64,000 nucleotides of DNA from the human T2T-CHM13v2.0 reference genome, Homo sapiens. Below the pieces are notes generated by a model. The model was not told the origin of the DNA and did not search any database. It worked only from the letters and a program-made list of their open reading frames with translations. The DNA is taken from NCBI RefSeq assembly GCF_009914755.1, contig NC_060929.1. One strand, 5' to 3'. Below, piece by piece: positions 14,201-28,129 of this stretch (position 1 is the first letter of the stretch; each line of letters begins with the position of its first letter). The translations under genes and the position numbers were made by a program.

Positions 14201-16344
14201 ATATATTAAAGCCAGTGTTACATAAAGTATAAAAACATCATCTTCGAGGACATTCAAGTGCATTCCAGCTCCACTGTTGCTTCCCTGTTGGACGTTAGAC
14301 AGATGTAAGGGGTCTGAAGTCTACTTTCTTCATTTATAAATGGCAACACAGCCTGTCAGCTTGCTGTTATGAGGATAAATGACAAAGGGACCCTATTTAA
14401 AACATCTAATCTATTACCTGTGTGCAGCTTACACTCTGCTTGCCCTCCCCTCCCCCATCTCCCATCCCTTTCTACTCTTTTGTGACCATTCTGTGTCCTA
14501 GAAATCTGATTCTTAAATACTGGATTTTTCCTGGCTCCTTGGGTCTCTGCTTCATAGTCAGTGGGAGGACCCAAATTTCCAACTCTGCGACTCCCAGGGT
14601 GGATCCACATCCTCTGTTTTTTTTTCCCCTCTATCTTGCTACATCTCTAGAGTTTTCCATTAGAGTCTCTTTAGTTGATAGGTCTGATCTGAGTAGAATT
14701 CTTTTTCCCGACAGAACTCCATCTATGCACCCAGCCTATAAACAGCCATTGACCACAAATGTATAGAGACGACTCAAGCACCAAAGAGTGTTACCATGCC
14801 AGCACTGTATAATATGGGCTATCCCAAGGGAAAGCAACATTATCATGTATTAATAGCAGTCTTAAATGGAGTACTAATTCTTTTTCATTAGGATTATAAA
14901 GAATAAAGAATGGTGAGTTGTTGCTAAGCAGCTGGTATGAGGCTCATTCTTCAAAACCCATTGCTTCTTTAATTTTGAATCCTAGAACTTTCCTCATGAA
15001 ATAAGTGCTACATGTGGGAGAGGTGAGAGTACATCTGCCATCATAGCTCTTTTTGGTGCCAAAGTCCCTGCTGTGGGAAGACAGCAATCTGTTGTAACTA
15101 TTAATATTGTAGAAGGAAAATCCACAGTAGAAGAAATTTGCAGAGTCAAACACCCTATAGTCAGAACATTAAAAAGTTAAGAATTCTTTAGCCAGAATGG
15201 TGTATCCATATTTTGCTAGTAGCTTAGCAACATACTAGTCTAGACTTAAATTATTTTCACTGGTTTTGACAGGAAAGAAAATTTTTTTGTGGGAAAGGAG
15301 GCAAAAAAAAAAACTCTAAATCATTTAAGAGCTTTAAATTCAAGGGAAATTCTCCTTATTTACTGAAATGTGTTTAGCCAGATCTTAGTGTAATAGATAA
15401 TTTCGTAAACTCAAGTATTCTTGTTAAACGATGGACACAGGAAGCATAAGACCTTCTTCTTGTATATGAAAGCCATCCCATGGGAAAGAATGAACAAGAA
15501 TGGCAATTAAAAATTCTTCATGGTACTGGAAGATGAAAAAAATGTGGACAATTAGTTAATCATCAAGTAAGCCTGTTAAAGTATAAAAGTATAGCTATAG
15601 ATCAAGTAGGAGAGTATTTTGTCTGTCATGTCAAGTTTGTATCTTGTAAGTAGAAAACACTCAGTATCAAACAAATATGCCGTGTTAAAAAAAAAAAAAG
15701 GATGATCCAGATTGAGCAAAAGATTTTTTAAAAACAATGAAATTTTCTTCCTAATCCAAAGGATTTGCCACTCTCCAGGATGTGCTTTCTAGAATGTGTT
15801 TTATTCAGGCATAAAAGTGTTTTCTACATCACTAATCACTTCAGAAATGAGTTTTGGGCTTGAGATGAACGTTGACAGGACAGAAACTGAAAACTGAACT
15901 TTTGCAAATTACAAACAATAATAAGAAATTAGAAATAAAATATAACCCTTGGAATTTCATTACAATTTTGGGGAAATAGATTTCAAAACAACACATAGAG
16001 AAAATTGTCTGCACAAAGGGAGTCTGATTCAGATATTTTGAAGAAAAAATAGGGAAACTTCCAACTGAAGATAGCCAAGAGATCACATACTTTTGCCTTT
16101 TTTGGAAACCAATGTCCCACTGATGTGACCAGAATATAATACAACAGAGGATAAATTACAGCAGAATCAGAAAAGGTCTTCACCAGCAAACAAGATGAAG
16201 AGAAATTTCTCAAAGGTATAGAACTGATGGAATCAAACTGATGATAAAGCCCAACAAAGGGAACCCAAAATATAGGCATCAGATTGGACTAAGGCAAAGG
16301 ATGTTTCTACAGAAAAAACACCATCAGGGTTGAGAGTAAAGGAG

Positions 16345-16535
16345 GAGTCCGAAGTGCCTGAATTCAAATCCAGACTCCACCACCTCCTACCAGTCTTGGT
16401 ATCTTTAACCAAGACAGGTAGGTTATTATTATGGGAATAATAATAGTATTAACCTCACAAACTATTGTGAGGATTACAGGAGATAATGGATTTAAAGTGC
16501 TTAGCAGAATGCCTGGCTAATGGGCTGTGCTCAGG
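16345..16535 (+). mobile_element. MIR
   Basis: TTCAAATCCAGACTCCACC..ATAATAATAGTATTAACCTCAC..TTGTGAGGATTA..AAAGTGCTTAGCAGAATGCCTGGC. Confidence 0.75.
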
Positions 16536-17268
16536 CACTTAGAAATCAACAAAAATGAGAATAACAAATATTCTGTTATGCTTCCCAACAGAACTGGGTG
16601 GGTTTAAAAAAATCTAACCAACCAATGACTAGTAACAATTCAATTGGATTAGGGCACTTCTATTCTACTTAAAAAAGACTCTAAAACCAGAAGATAAGGA
16701 GGAAAAATAAGAAAATAAAGACATGTTTGCTCAGTTGTGGAAGAACAAACCAGAAACTGATGTGATTGGTGGGTGAGCAAAAACAAGGTGGAAAGAACAG
16801 TGGAATAGAAATGATGTAAAATGGTTCAGTGGGAGAGGTGTTCTCTGAGAATACCGTTTGTTTTATACACCTCTGACTTTCAGAACCATGTTCCTGTTTT
16901 TCGTGCTCAAAAATAAAGTAACCCAAATCAGGCAGAATGTGTGTAGGGTGGAGAGAGTCCACAGAGCTCTGTTCTGCAGTCTCAGAGCCCGTGGGAGGGG
17001 AGGAACATACGTCTGCTGGCTGCTGTTTACTCTGTAGTGGGGAGAGGCCACAGGGCTCCCTCCCGTAGCATCCCAAGCTGAAGCTGGGGTGGAAGGTGGG
17101 GCAAAGGATGTGGTATTTCTTTGGTGTTGTTTGCCTTGAGTAGGGCAGGTAAGATCAGAAAGGTTCTGTCCCACGGGACTTCCTTTACTTGGTCCTCTGG
17201 CTGGAGAGAGTAGGCTCTTCTGGGGCTCTTAATGCCTTATTTATTGGCAGTTCTTTTTTCAGGCTGTT

Positions 17269-17626
17269 TGTATTGGTCTGTTTTCAGGCTACTAATAAAG
17301 ACATATTGGAGACTGAGCAATTTACAAAAGAAAGAGGTTTAATGGACTTACAGTTCCACGTGACTGGGGAGGCCTCATAATCAATCATGGCAAAAGGCAA
17401 GGAGAAGCAAGTCACGTCTTACATGGATGGCAGCAGGCAAAAAGAGAGCTTGTGCAGAGAAACTCCCCCTTATATAACCATCAGATCTTGTGAGACTTAT
17501 TCACTATCACGAGAACAGCACAGGAAAGACCTGCCCCTATGATTCAATTACCTCCCACTGGGTCCCTCCCACAACACATGGGAATTCAAGATGAGATGTG
17601 GGTGGGGACAGAGCCAAACCATATTA
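17269..17626 (-). mobile_element. THE1 (MaLR) solo LTR, THE1C-like
   Basis: Reverse complement of TGATATGGTTTGGCT.. start and ..AATACA end; flanks CTGTT / CCGTT (degenerate 5-bp TSD). Confidence 0.9.
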
Positions 17627-18341
17627 CCGTTCTAGCATCCAGACAGAAATAAATGGTAGGCAAAAAGACAAAAAAGTCAAGGAATTCACTGCTGGGTCAT
17701 ACTTGAGGCCTACAGGTCCTTACTCAGTAGACCCATATTTTCCCAACTTTTGATGTCTTCTGATAGTTGCTTTATGCATTTTAGTCCAGGGTTATTAGTT
17801 GTTGCTAGTGAGAGAGAGACGAAGAGATGGGATAAGGTGTGCTTACCACATATTAGCTAGAACCAGAAGTCCAAAATTCCTACATCTGTTCTTCCACAAC
17901 ATCAGGTAGAAACTTTACCCGTTTGGCTTTTATTTGATTCTGTCTGGCTCTTCTATGTCCTCTGAATTAACTTCTCTACTTCTGTTCTTTTCTTTCAATG
18001 GAGGCTGCAACGAGTGATATTTAAATTCTGCTATTCCCTTCTCCTATACGAAATGCAATTCTTCTCTAAAAAGACTTCTTTTCCCCAACTATTTGGTTTC
18101 CCTGAAATACAATACTTTTAGGAAATGCCAATGAATACTTGATTTGTTCCTTTTATTTACTAACTTGAAGAATAACAAGTTGTTGCCTTAATAACCTCCA
18201 ACAATGACCAATGAGGCAGTTTTTTTGGAGTCATTCTTTTCTGTGTTCACATTGTTAAACTTCTGACTACTAGATATTTCTTCAAGATGGCTTCTTTATC
18301 CTTTTAACAGAGCCCTCAGCAGTCTTTGATACCTCCCTTGC

Positions 18342-18671
<330 letters not shown>

Positions 18672-19392
18672 TAATGCAATATGATGTTTGAAGCATACCT
18701 TGTACATTTCCTGCTCCCAAATTTTCGACTATATATTTTTCTCCCAAGGGGTCTTGATTAATTTTAGTATAAGGTGGTATTTAGAAAACACAATGTAGGC
18801 ATTAAGAGGCGCTCATTACTATTGGGCTCTTAACAAAATCTATTTATTTTCTCTAGAAACATACACATTGACAGACATAAATAAATCATGTTTTCATAGG
18901 AACCTTTTTAAGATTGTATTCTTTTTACTCATGCTGAAATTATTGGTTGCTAGTGACATTAATATAATTATGTATTTACTTTGTCATTATATACATGTTT
19001 CAAAATAACAAGACATTTATTTATTTAAGGGATGGCCTTCTGAATTTTTTTTAATTTTGGTTTATAATTGCATAAAACATTTTTATGCTCCCAAAGTAAA
19101 AACTATTTTTAAAAAGACACATGCAGAGAACTCTAGTTTCCATCAATGTCCTCTTTTCTCCCTATCTTCCAATATGTAACCGGCATCCTTATGGGTTTTT
19201 GGTCTATGTGTATGTCTGTCCTCTTCCCCAAAACAAAAGTCAATAAACTCTATATAGTTTGTTATTCATGTAATTTTTTTCTCTGGACTATATATCCTGT
19301 AGAGTAGACCATACCTATCTATGTATGATGATATATGAAGATAGGTATGATGATACATACCTATGTATGATGATATATGACCATACCTATCT

Positions 19393-19632
19393 ATGTATGA
19401 TGATACATCATGCATGATACATGTATGATGATACATCGTGCATGATACATGTATGATGATACATCGTGCATGATACATGTATGATGATACATCGTGCATG
19501 ATACATGTATGATGATACATCGTGCATGATACATGTATGATGATACATCGTGCATGATACATGTATGATGATACATCGTGCATGATACATGTATGATGAT
19601 ACATCGTGCATGATACATGTATGATGATACAT
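19393..19632. repeat. Minisatellite, 28-bp unit ATGTATGATGATACATCGTGCATGATAC, ~8.6 copies
   Basis: Units start at 19393, 19421, 19449 ... 19617; copies 2-8 identical; degenerate related units at ~19308-19392; all three minus-frame ORFs show 28-aa periodicity. Confidence 0.97.
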
Positions 19633-21684
19633 GAAGATATCACTCATTCTTTCTTATGGCTGCATCACGTTTATTCAGTTACTCCCTTGGTAATAAAGAT
19701 TTGGATTGTCTTCAGCTTTTGCTCATGAATATTGCTGCAATGAATAGCTTTGTTCAAATGTAAATTTGCATTATTTCCAATAGACCTTTTGAGACACTGA
19801 AGTGAAATTTTACAGATTTGAAATTGCTGGGTCAAAGGTTAAGTGCGCTTTTACTAAATATTGACAAATTGCTCTCCATAGATTTTCTATAGTTTTATTC
19901 CCACTAGCAATAAAACAGGCATGTGAACATGCCTGTTTCTCACTTGTTCACCAACAGAGGATGTGTCAAACTTGTAGTATTTGGTCAATCTGACAAACGA
20001 GAAATGGTTTCACAATGTAGATTTATAATTTTAACCACCTTAAAGTGAGTGAGGTTGATCACATTTTCATGTTTAATGACTATTTGCACATCCTTTTCTG
20101 TAAAATGTATGTTCACATTTCTTGCTTATTTTTAAATGGCTGTTAATATTTTCTTCTCAAGTTTTAGAAAGCTTTAGTATGTACTAAGTGATATTAAAAC
20201 ATTTTCTGTGACATAAACCATAGCATTTTTCCCAGTTTTTCAATTGTTCATGGCATTCTTGAATGAAATAAAAGCAAATTGTACAGGTGTGTACAAATAT
20301 GGTATTCTTTTATATAAGAACATTTGTATGTATAAGCATATTCTATTTATACGTAATATGTCATACAGTATATAACCCATACTGTATACTATGTATAATA
20401 TAACATATGGTGCATTGTATATTCTGTACCTAGAAGGGTATATACAGAGTTGATATTAGTGATTACCCTGGTAACTGGGAAGGATAGTCATAGGGAACTT
20501 CCACTTTTTATCATGTTCGTTCTGTTTGGCTTAAATTTTTTCAATAAGGAATATGTCCATCTTTTCTGTTTTTTAAACAAACAAAAAATGAGAGTTAACC
20601 GTTAGTTTCGAAGTTTTCTTAAAATACTTTTCCAATATCTAGGCTATTTATGTGATTTCAGGAGAGAACTCTGCAAGTGAACTCTCAGGTTCTACAGTCC
20701 AAAGTAAAGAGATGATGTAAGAATTTCAAAAGACTAGAGCTTTCTTCTTGACCTTGATTCAATTGCTTGAAGAAATAAGCATTATATTAATTGCTTTCCT
20801 GGCACATTTGACTTGTTCCTGTCTCTGCAGCACTTTGTTAGCACCATTTCTTTTCTGTGTATCAGCTCTGATAGTTGCCTTCAGCAGTGAGCTTGGAATA
20901 AATTTTAATACAAGAGACCCATTTCCTCCGTGCTAATTTGGTTTCATAAGCCACAGTGGGGACAAGTCATTGTTCTAGTGATTATACGAGGCTATGATGT
21001 GTTTTCTCAAATATGTAATTAAAATATTTCCCTTTTATCTCGGTAAACAAGCCAGGCTAACCAATTCAATCCAAAGAATCAGGAATCCTTACATATATTT
21101 GAGGAACGCTAACATTAGTATTCTAAGACTTCATTTAGTATCTCTCCATGGAGACATAATAAATGGGAATTACATCATACAATTTAATCTCTTAATGATT
21201 TAGAGAGAACTTTCAAGTATTTCAAAACTATAAGAGAATGATGAATATGCAACTTGAGCCATCTTATCTAGACAAATGAATTGTCAATTCCTACAGCATT
21301 TATTTCAGAGGTTATCAACACTGCCTTCTGTATTTTCTGAGCTGCTTTGCAGAGTCAGAATTGTCTTCGACCACGATTAACAATAATGACCAGGTCTTGA
21401 TCATATATCAGTTTGCACTACACCACTTTTGAAATCACAAAAACTCTGTGAGAGATTTCCCTAAGTTCTGCCACTTTGGCGGTGTTTGCTGCAATGATGG
21501 GAGTATAAAGACACATCAGCACTTCTAGTATGACCTTTATATTAGGATGCTTACATTAAATGGAAGCTCCCTAACCATAGCTGAGAAACTTTTGTTTCTG
21601 TAAGCATCCAACTTCCCCCTCACTAATTCACAAAGATCACCTGTGAGTCAGCATTCACTGCAGACAACTATGGGTTCCACACCT

Positions 21685-22095
21685 GTGTAAATTAAATTAA
21701 CATCAGCTGCTTTAACTGAGGAACCCAAAATCTCAGTGGCTTAATACAACAGAAATTTATTTCTTGCTCATATATCAGTTCAATTTATGTGTTTGCAGGG
21801 GAGTTCCACAGGTTGTTCAGGCACAGACTCTTCCATCCCAACTTTCTGCAAACTAGATGTTGACATCCACGTAGCAGAGGGAAGAACAGAGATAGTGGAG
21901 AAGTCATCTCTGCCTTTTAGTCACATGGGCCCCAAAGTGACAAATGACATTTCTGCCCACACTTCATTGACGAGAATAGCTGTATGGCTTCACTTTCATG
22001 CAAGGGAAGTTAGTAAATGTAGTCCTTGGCTACTCAGCTGCTCCCAGGAATTGGAACAATGGAAGAAACTACACAAATCTGGTAGCCATGTCTAC
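21685..22095 (-). mobile_element. Old MaLR LTR (MLT1K/L-like)
   Basis: CCCAAAATCTCAGTGGCTTAATACAACAGAAATTTATTTCTTGCTCA..ACATTTCTGCCCACACTTCATTG. Confidence 0.65.
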
Positions 22096-22529
22096 TACAG
22101 GATCACAGAGTCTCACTGCAGAGACCCATGCTTAGTATAACTCAGCTTCCTAGGGCCACATATCTGAGCTGGATGTGTGTACCCTGGAGAATTAAAGAAA
22201 CAACTCTCTGAGGATGCATACAAACCATGAATCAAACCATGCAGCCCTGAGCTTTACCAGGAAATATGTGTAGTTGACAGAAACACAAAGCTTCCGGCTA
22301 GAACTCCAGTTTTGTGAATATGATGAACAAGATACTAGGATGGTTCTGCCTACTGCCCAAAGAATTCTCCACATGACTCATGCATAATGCCTGTGGCTCC
22401 GCCACTGTTCATTATTTCCTACAGCTTAGGACATGGTGCAAACACTCCTGGAAAAGAAAACAGGATAGGCACTTATCATCTCTTAAAGATTGGTATGAAA
22501 CTCTGGCCTAAAGGCAAGGAGTACATGCA

Positions 22530-22989
22530 GTTGATGCTATTGGTGCTCTGCCCTGACCCCTTTACACTCAGATTGACCTACTGCCCAAGTTACTGACCCC
22601 CCAACTCCTTTGAGTGTTGGCTGCTCATGGCCCACAACTGTCCATTCTGCAGACAACTGTCCTCAGCCTAAAGGCATCAGCCTTTCCTGAGAGGTTAGGC
22701 AACCTTCACCCCAACCTGGGACAGCCCACAGCCAATCACTGACTGATAAGGGGCACAAAAAGCAAACTCCCATATCTCAAAAAAAGCTGACTCTGTGGTA
22801 CAGATCATGTGCTCCAGAGCATTCACTGGGACCAGGATGACACTGGTCCCCTGCCAAGACCCCATCCATCAGCATTGCCCCATGTCCTATCCTGCTTCTT
22901 CACTCCCCTTCTCCCAAGAGCCCTCCTTCAGTATGTCACATGTATCTGAATCCCTGGCTGTGCTTCTACAAACCCTGACTTAAGATACA
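22530..22989 (+). mobile_element. LTR16-like ERVL LTR
   Basis: TGGTGCTCTGCCCTGACCCC..GCCAATCACTGACTGA..GCTCCAGAGC..TGCTTCTACAAACCCTGACTTAAGATACA. Confidence 0.6.
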
Positions 22990-24599
22990 GGGGCTAGTTT
23001 TGAAGGAAGGAGAATAGAAAGGTACACTCATGGGAACGGGAGACATGACTGACTTACAGAGCTGCCAAACAGCCTGTGCTAACCAGAGGACTATAGAAAG
23101 GTACTGAAAGGGTGGACCTTGAAAGATGGTATAGAAGAGGACAAGAACAAAATGCTGCCTGCTTTGCTCTCCAGGGTTCGGCACACACTGATTCATAGGA
23201 AGAACCATGTTGTAACAAAAGACATCAACAGCCAAGAAGGTGCAGAGCTATAGATGCTGAGAGGCTTTGCAAATGCTTTCAGGGCAGCAAGGCAGTGATG
23301 CACAGTCCAAGCAAGACCAAGTGAATGTCTTTGTCTTTTCATACAAAGCCCAACACATTTTATTTCTATTGGATTTCGAGGCTTTCTCCCCAAACTCATA
23401 ATTCTGTCTCCCAGGGAAATTGCTTAGTGGCCTTCACCTCCCTAACAAACTCTTTTTTGATGAATTGGCCCCTCTGGGAGCATAGTTACTGTAGAGAAAG
23501 TAGATTTGTTGACTTGCCATTCAAATCTGTACTTCTCATAATCCTGAATCTCTTTCATGCTCTCCTGTCCCCACTGTATCTCCAGAGAGAAAAGGACCAG
23601 CTAGAGGCCAGGTCCATGATGCAGAGGGATGATAACACACCTGTGGCTTATGACTTATCTATCTCTTTCCTTTGCCTTATTAAGAATATGTCATGAAGTC
23701 CAAGAAACAAGGGAAAGGGAAAATTTGAGAAAAACCTGAGTAAAGTGCAATATATAATTAGAGGGAAGGGATGCAGGAAAGGGGGTCTCTGAATTGGGCT
23801 CTTTCCCTCGAGAATTTGAGCAGGAGAATTGCTTCACAAAGAGAGCAATAAATGGTTACCCCAAAGGAAATTTTATTTGAAGTAGAATAACTGTAGAATA
23901 AGAAAAATAATTTAAGTGTGGTCATCCCAGGGATCCCTTCCTAGGTTTTTCCTCAGGGTTCCTTCCAAAATACTTGCATATATATCACTAACCTGGTTGT
24001 ATCCAACTTAGAGGAAGGGAGGCAGGAGGTGTTCTAAAAATGTGACTAAATTCTCTTTTGCTACCTGAAAATCATGTGATTCAAATTAGTCAAGAGGAGG
24101 AGTTCTTTTACACTGCAAATAATCATTCCATTTTAATTTATATAGGTTTATGTTTCATCTGTTGTTTTGTTTTGTTGTCCAGGTGATGAACACTTGTACA
24201 TACATTGCTTCCATGAGAAAATTGGAGCAGAGGTATTCTAACTTGGTTCATGTTGACTGGATTTTTTTTATTTCACCTCCCAGCCACACTATCTTTCTTC
24301 AGTTCAGATATCACTGAGTGTCTCTGGTACTTAAAAATCTTCCAGTGGCTCCCTAGTGCTCACAGACCAATGATCAGTAGCAGGAAGACAGTTCCCAAAT
24401 CTTGTTTCCTCTCTAAATCCCTACTTCCCCAAGCCTTACTTATCTAATTCCCCAGACACTAAAGAGCACCAATGTCGAGCCCCTCCTTAAATGTCTCCTT
24501 TCTATACCTTCTAAACCTTTTCTAACCACTCCATTGCTTATACCCAGTGGTACTGTTATACCAGCTGACAGACAGCCTTGCGAAGACTTTCTCCTGCAC

Positions 24600-24720
24600 A
24601 CCAGCCTCTTCTAGACTGCAAGCGCCTTGAAGAGTAAATTGATTTTTGAAACCTTGCACCTATCACAGCATCTGGCATTAGCTAAGTGTACAATCAACTT
24701 TTGTAGACTTAATAAATTTC
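24600..24720 (+). mobile_element. L2 3' end
   Basis: CTAGACTGCAAGC..GCACCTATCACAGCATCTGGCA..AATAAAT. Confidence 0.55.
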
Positions 24721-25273
24721 ACATTAAGTTTGCAAAGTATCCTCCTGCTTCAGCATATCACCAGTAATACGGGATTAAATTTTATTTAATTAAAAGCAAA
24801 CTTCAGAGGGCCAGTTTTTCTCCATGTAATTATTACACACTAGAGCCAGAATCAATACATGTTTGTGTCAAATTTTCACACCAAAAAAATGTAAAAACAA
24901 CATTCTGGAATGATACATTGTTTGATGTTCAATATCTCCCTGGAAAAAACAGAAACAAAAACAAAAACAGAATAGACCTGTAGCACCAAAGCTGCAGTTC
25001 TTTAATTCCTAGCAAATCACTGCGTTTCCGTGACTTTGTCTTCATGGCAGTGTTTATCTCATTTAAATTTTATATCATAGTCTTAAAGGTCAATTCTCAA
25101 GTGGTTCAAGTTAGAAGAAAATTTGGGCTATTTTGTTGTTAATACCAGGAAACTCCAGGACTTGATATTAGTGTTTCTATCCTATTTTAGGTTCTGTCAT
25201 GTTTTGTTGTAGGAATTTTGGGTGCATTTAGCTCTCTGGTTTTGGACTCAATAAATATTTATGAAGGATCTCC

Positions 25274-25655
25274 TGATATGGTTTAGCTGTGTGTCACCAC
25301 CCAAATCTCATCTCAAATTATAATCCCCATATGTCGAAGGAGGGACCTGTAATCCCTATGCGTTGAGTGAAGGAGGTGACTGGATCATGGGGGAGGTTTC
25401 CCCCATGCTGTCCTCACAATAGTGAGTGAGTTCTCATGAGATCTGATGGTTTTATAAGTGTTTGGAATTCCTTCTTTGCTCTTCTCTCTCCTGTCACCTT
25501 GTGAGGAAGGTGCCTGCTTCCCCTTCTGCCATAATTGTAAGTTTCCTGAGGCCTCCCTAGCCATGCAGAACTGTGAGTCAATTAAGCCTCTTTCCTTTAT
25601 AAATTACTCAGTCTCAGGGAAGTTCTTTATAGCAGCATGAAAACAGACTAAGACA
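25274..25655 (+). mobile_element. THE1D-like MaLR solo LTR
   Basis: TGATATGGTTTAGCTGTGTGTCACCACCCAAATCTCATC..AAACAGACTAAGACA. Confidence 0.9.
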
Positions 25656-26178
25656 ATGACATTGTCTGCCTTTGTTGGCTCAATGTAATATATTCTGACA
25701 AAAACAGGGACCACGTAAAAAGAAAGCTGGATCATGTGTTAAACCTATTTTCAAGTACTAACATTCATTTCAATATACACCAGGAAATTTGGATGTTAGC
25801 AATGTTAAGCATTGCTTTTGAAGATTCTAGAGAGTCACATATCGGTGGGCCTGCTGCCGAAGGTTCATGATACTGATTCTAGCTTGGAGACTTTAAGCAG
25901 AAGCCTGTTATTACGTACCTTGGTGTCTGTGGAACCTAAACATGAATTTCCCACCACCTGTGACTGACCTCATATCAGGGTTTTCTAGAGCTTGTGGAAA
26001 TATAAAAACCCACTTTGTACCATTATCATCAATAACTATGACTTTATGGAGACAAGCGCTCTAGGAATAAGATCAGAATGATGGCAGCTAAGATTTCCCC
26101 ATCGCTGTACTGAGTGCTTCACAGACTTTATCCCATTTAATCTCCTTGGACATCCTAGACAGTGGTACTTTTATATGC

Positions 26179-26461
26179 TTTTTCTTTTTCTTTATTTTTT
26201 TGACACAGGGTCTCACTCTGTCACCCAGACTGGAGTGCAATGATGCAATCACAGGTCACTGCAGCCTTGACCTGCTGAACTCAAGCAATCCTCCCATCTC
26301 AGCCTCCTGAGTAGCTGGGACTTTAGGCATGCGCCACCACACCCAGGTAATTTTTTTGTATGTTTTGTGGGTGGCCCAGGCTGGTCTCAAACTCCTAGGT
26401 TCAAGCAATCCATCTGCCCTGGCTGCCCAAAGTGTTGGAATTACAGGCATGAGCCACTGCC
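26179..26461 (-). mobile_element. AluJ-type element inserted in a MIR-like remnant; small deletion in left monomer
   Basis: GACACAGGGTCTCACTCTG..CACTGCAGCCTTGACC..CAAAGTGTTGGAATTACAGGCATGAGCCACTGC. Confidence 0.92.
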
Positions 26462-26877
26462 ATTTTGAATCCATACCTTACCAATGAGAGAGCAAAGCCA
26501 CAAAAATAAAAACTAGGAAAGCTTACATTTTGGAAAGCTATGTATTTGAGGAAAGAAGAATGAGAGTAAGGAGGGAAACAAAGGCAGGCTTCCCAGTATT
26601 CCCTTTGACTGACTCTTGAAAGCTGCTGGTATTCACCTCACTCAATATGAGGTATACACAATCTACTATGGACATCCACCCAGAGGCTGCTGTGTTTCTG
26701 GGAGATGCTCAATGTTGGCTGCAAAAAATTCTGAACAGCAATCATGTTCTTGTTTGAGAATCTGCGAAAAGCAATGTGCTCCACTAAGCACTGACAATAC
26801 AGTAGTAAATACGGTAGGCAAAGTCCCTATTCCCAAGTCACCTGCATTCCAAAGGGGTTAGGCCAGTAGTTGTTCAG

Positions 26878-27085
26878 ATTGTCCAGGTTGTGTGGTCCTC
26901 TAGGTAATTCAATTTGGAGAAACTTCTTTCAAATAAGAACACCAAAAGTTATGAATATAAAATTAGGCACAAACGTGAATATTTAAAATAAAAAAATTTA
27001 CAACAAATAAATTTGAAACCCGACAAATACCATAAATACCAAACTGCAGAAAAATAACATAACATTTTAATTAATTACCTGCTTA
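26878..27085 (+). mobile_element. hAT-Tip100 DNA transposon remnant (Zaphod/MER115-like)
   Basis: TCCAGGTTGTGTGG..GAATATAAAATTAGGCACAAACGTGAATATTT..GACAAATACCA..AGAAAAATAACATAACATTTT resembles the recalled consensus. Confidence 0.5.
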
Positions 27086-27391
27086 ACCCAGCAGTCAGCA
27101 TGGTTCCTCTCACACATGAGGCACTAATAAATAAGTCTAAAGTGCTGATCGCTAAGATTACCTATGCACTACATTTTTATCCTATGGGTGCATTATAGGA
27201 GTCTCTTTCAAGGGCTTGTGATTATGATAAAGACCAGGAAACAAATACTGCCTACCTATATCCTGAAATATCTACAATGACTCATCCCAGACTCCTCTAC
27301 TGAAGCAGTGACTTAAGCAAACAACTTAAGGCTAATTAAATTCCATTACCATTCATAATATTAAACTGAGTAAAAAGGTGACCAATAAAGA

Positions 27392-27692
27392 AGCCAACAG
27401 CACACCTATAATCCCAGCACTTTGGAGGCCAAGGCAAGAGAATTGTTGAGGCCAGGAGTTCAAGACCAGCCTAGGCAACATAATGAGACCCCTCCCCCCA
27501 GCAATATCTACAAAAAAAATTAAAAAATTAAAATTAGCCATACACAGTAGCATGTGCCTGTCAGCTTACTTGGGAGGCTGATGTGGGAGGATCGCTTGAA
27601 CTGGAGAGGTCGAGGCTGCAGTGAGCCATGATTGGGCCACTGAGCTCCAACCTGAGTGAAAAAGTAAGACCACAAAAAAAAAAAAAAAAAAA
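27392..27692 (+). mobile_element. AluJ-type element
   Basis: CCTATAATCCCAGCACTTTGG..GAGGCCAGGAGTTCAAGACCAGCC..GAGGCTGCAGTGAGCCATGATT, A tail. Confidence 0.92.
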
Positions 27693-28129
27693 GAATGGCT
27701 TGCAAACTGTAAATTACAGCTCTTACTCATGAATGGTGCCTTTGTGAAATATGGCATCGCTTTTCCACAGGTAAATCATCATGTTACCTCCAGAATTCTA
27801 CTCCTCCATGCAGCTTCTCTGTGCATAAAATCCTTGGATAGAAGAAATGTCTGCTGGCCTAGAACTGATTTTAACACTGAAAATATTAAGGCCACATAAC
27901 ACAAGGCTGGGCAGGTGCATATCTCACCCAAAGCATCTGCTTTTCTGTAAGTAGCCAACCCATGTTATCAAGGGCCCATACAATCTTTACAGACCACTTT
28001 CAGGTAAAAGCATATTGTTTTCAAAGGCTACTTAGAACTGAAACTACTTGGTTCTATTCCAAGGTACAACCTTAGCCAAGTGATTTGCTTAATGGGAATT
28101 GCCAAACATAAAAAGATCAAATAACAAAT

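Noticed and set aside
14986-15180. 64 stop-free codons after a possible acceptor (NFPHEISATCGRG..RTLKS*)
   Set aside because: No recognisable homology or partner exon; this length is expected by chance over six frames of 64 kb.
15400-16300. Purine-rich stretch resembling a decayed pseudogene or ancient LINE
   Set aside because: Could not match it to any protein or repeat family by eye; stops in the frames examined.
19266-19647. Three overlapping His/Met/Cys-rich repetitive ORFs
   Set aside because: Artefact of the 28-bp tandem repeat having no minus-strand stops; not a gene, and not a CRISPR array (no unique spacers).
19917-19934. Possible p53 response element
   Set aside because: The two half-sites overlap by 2 bp and the first has two mismatches.
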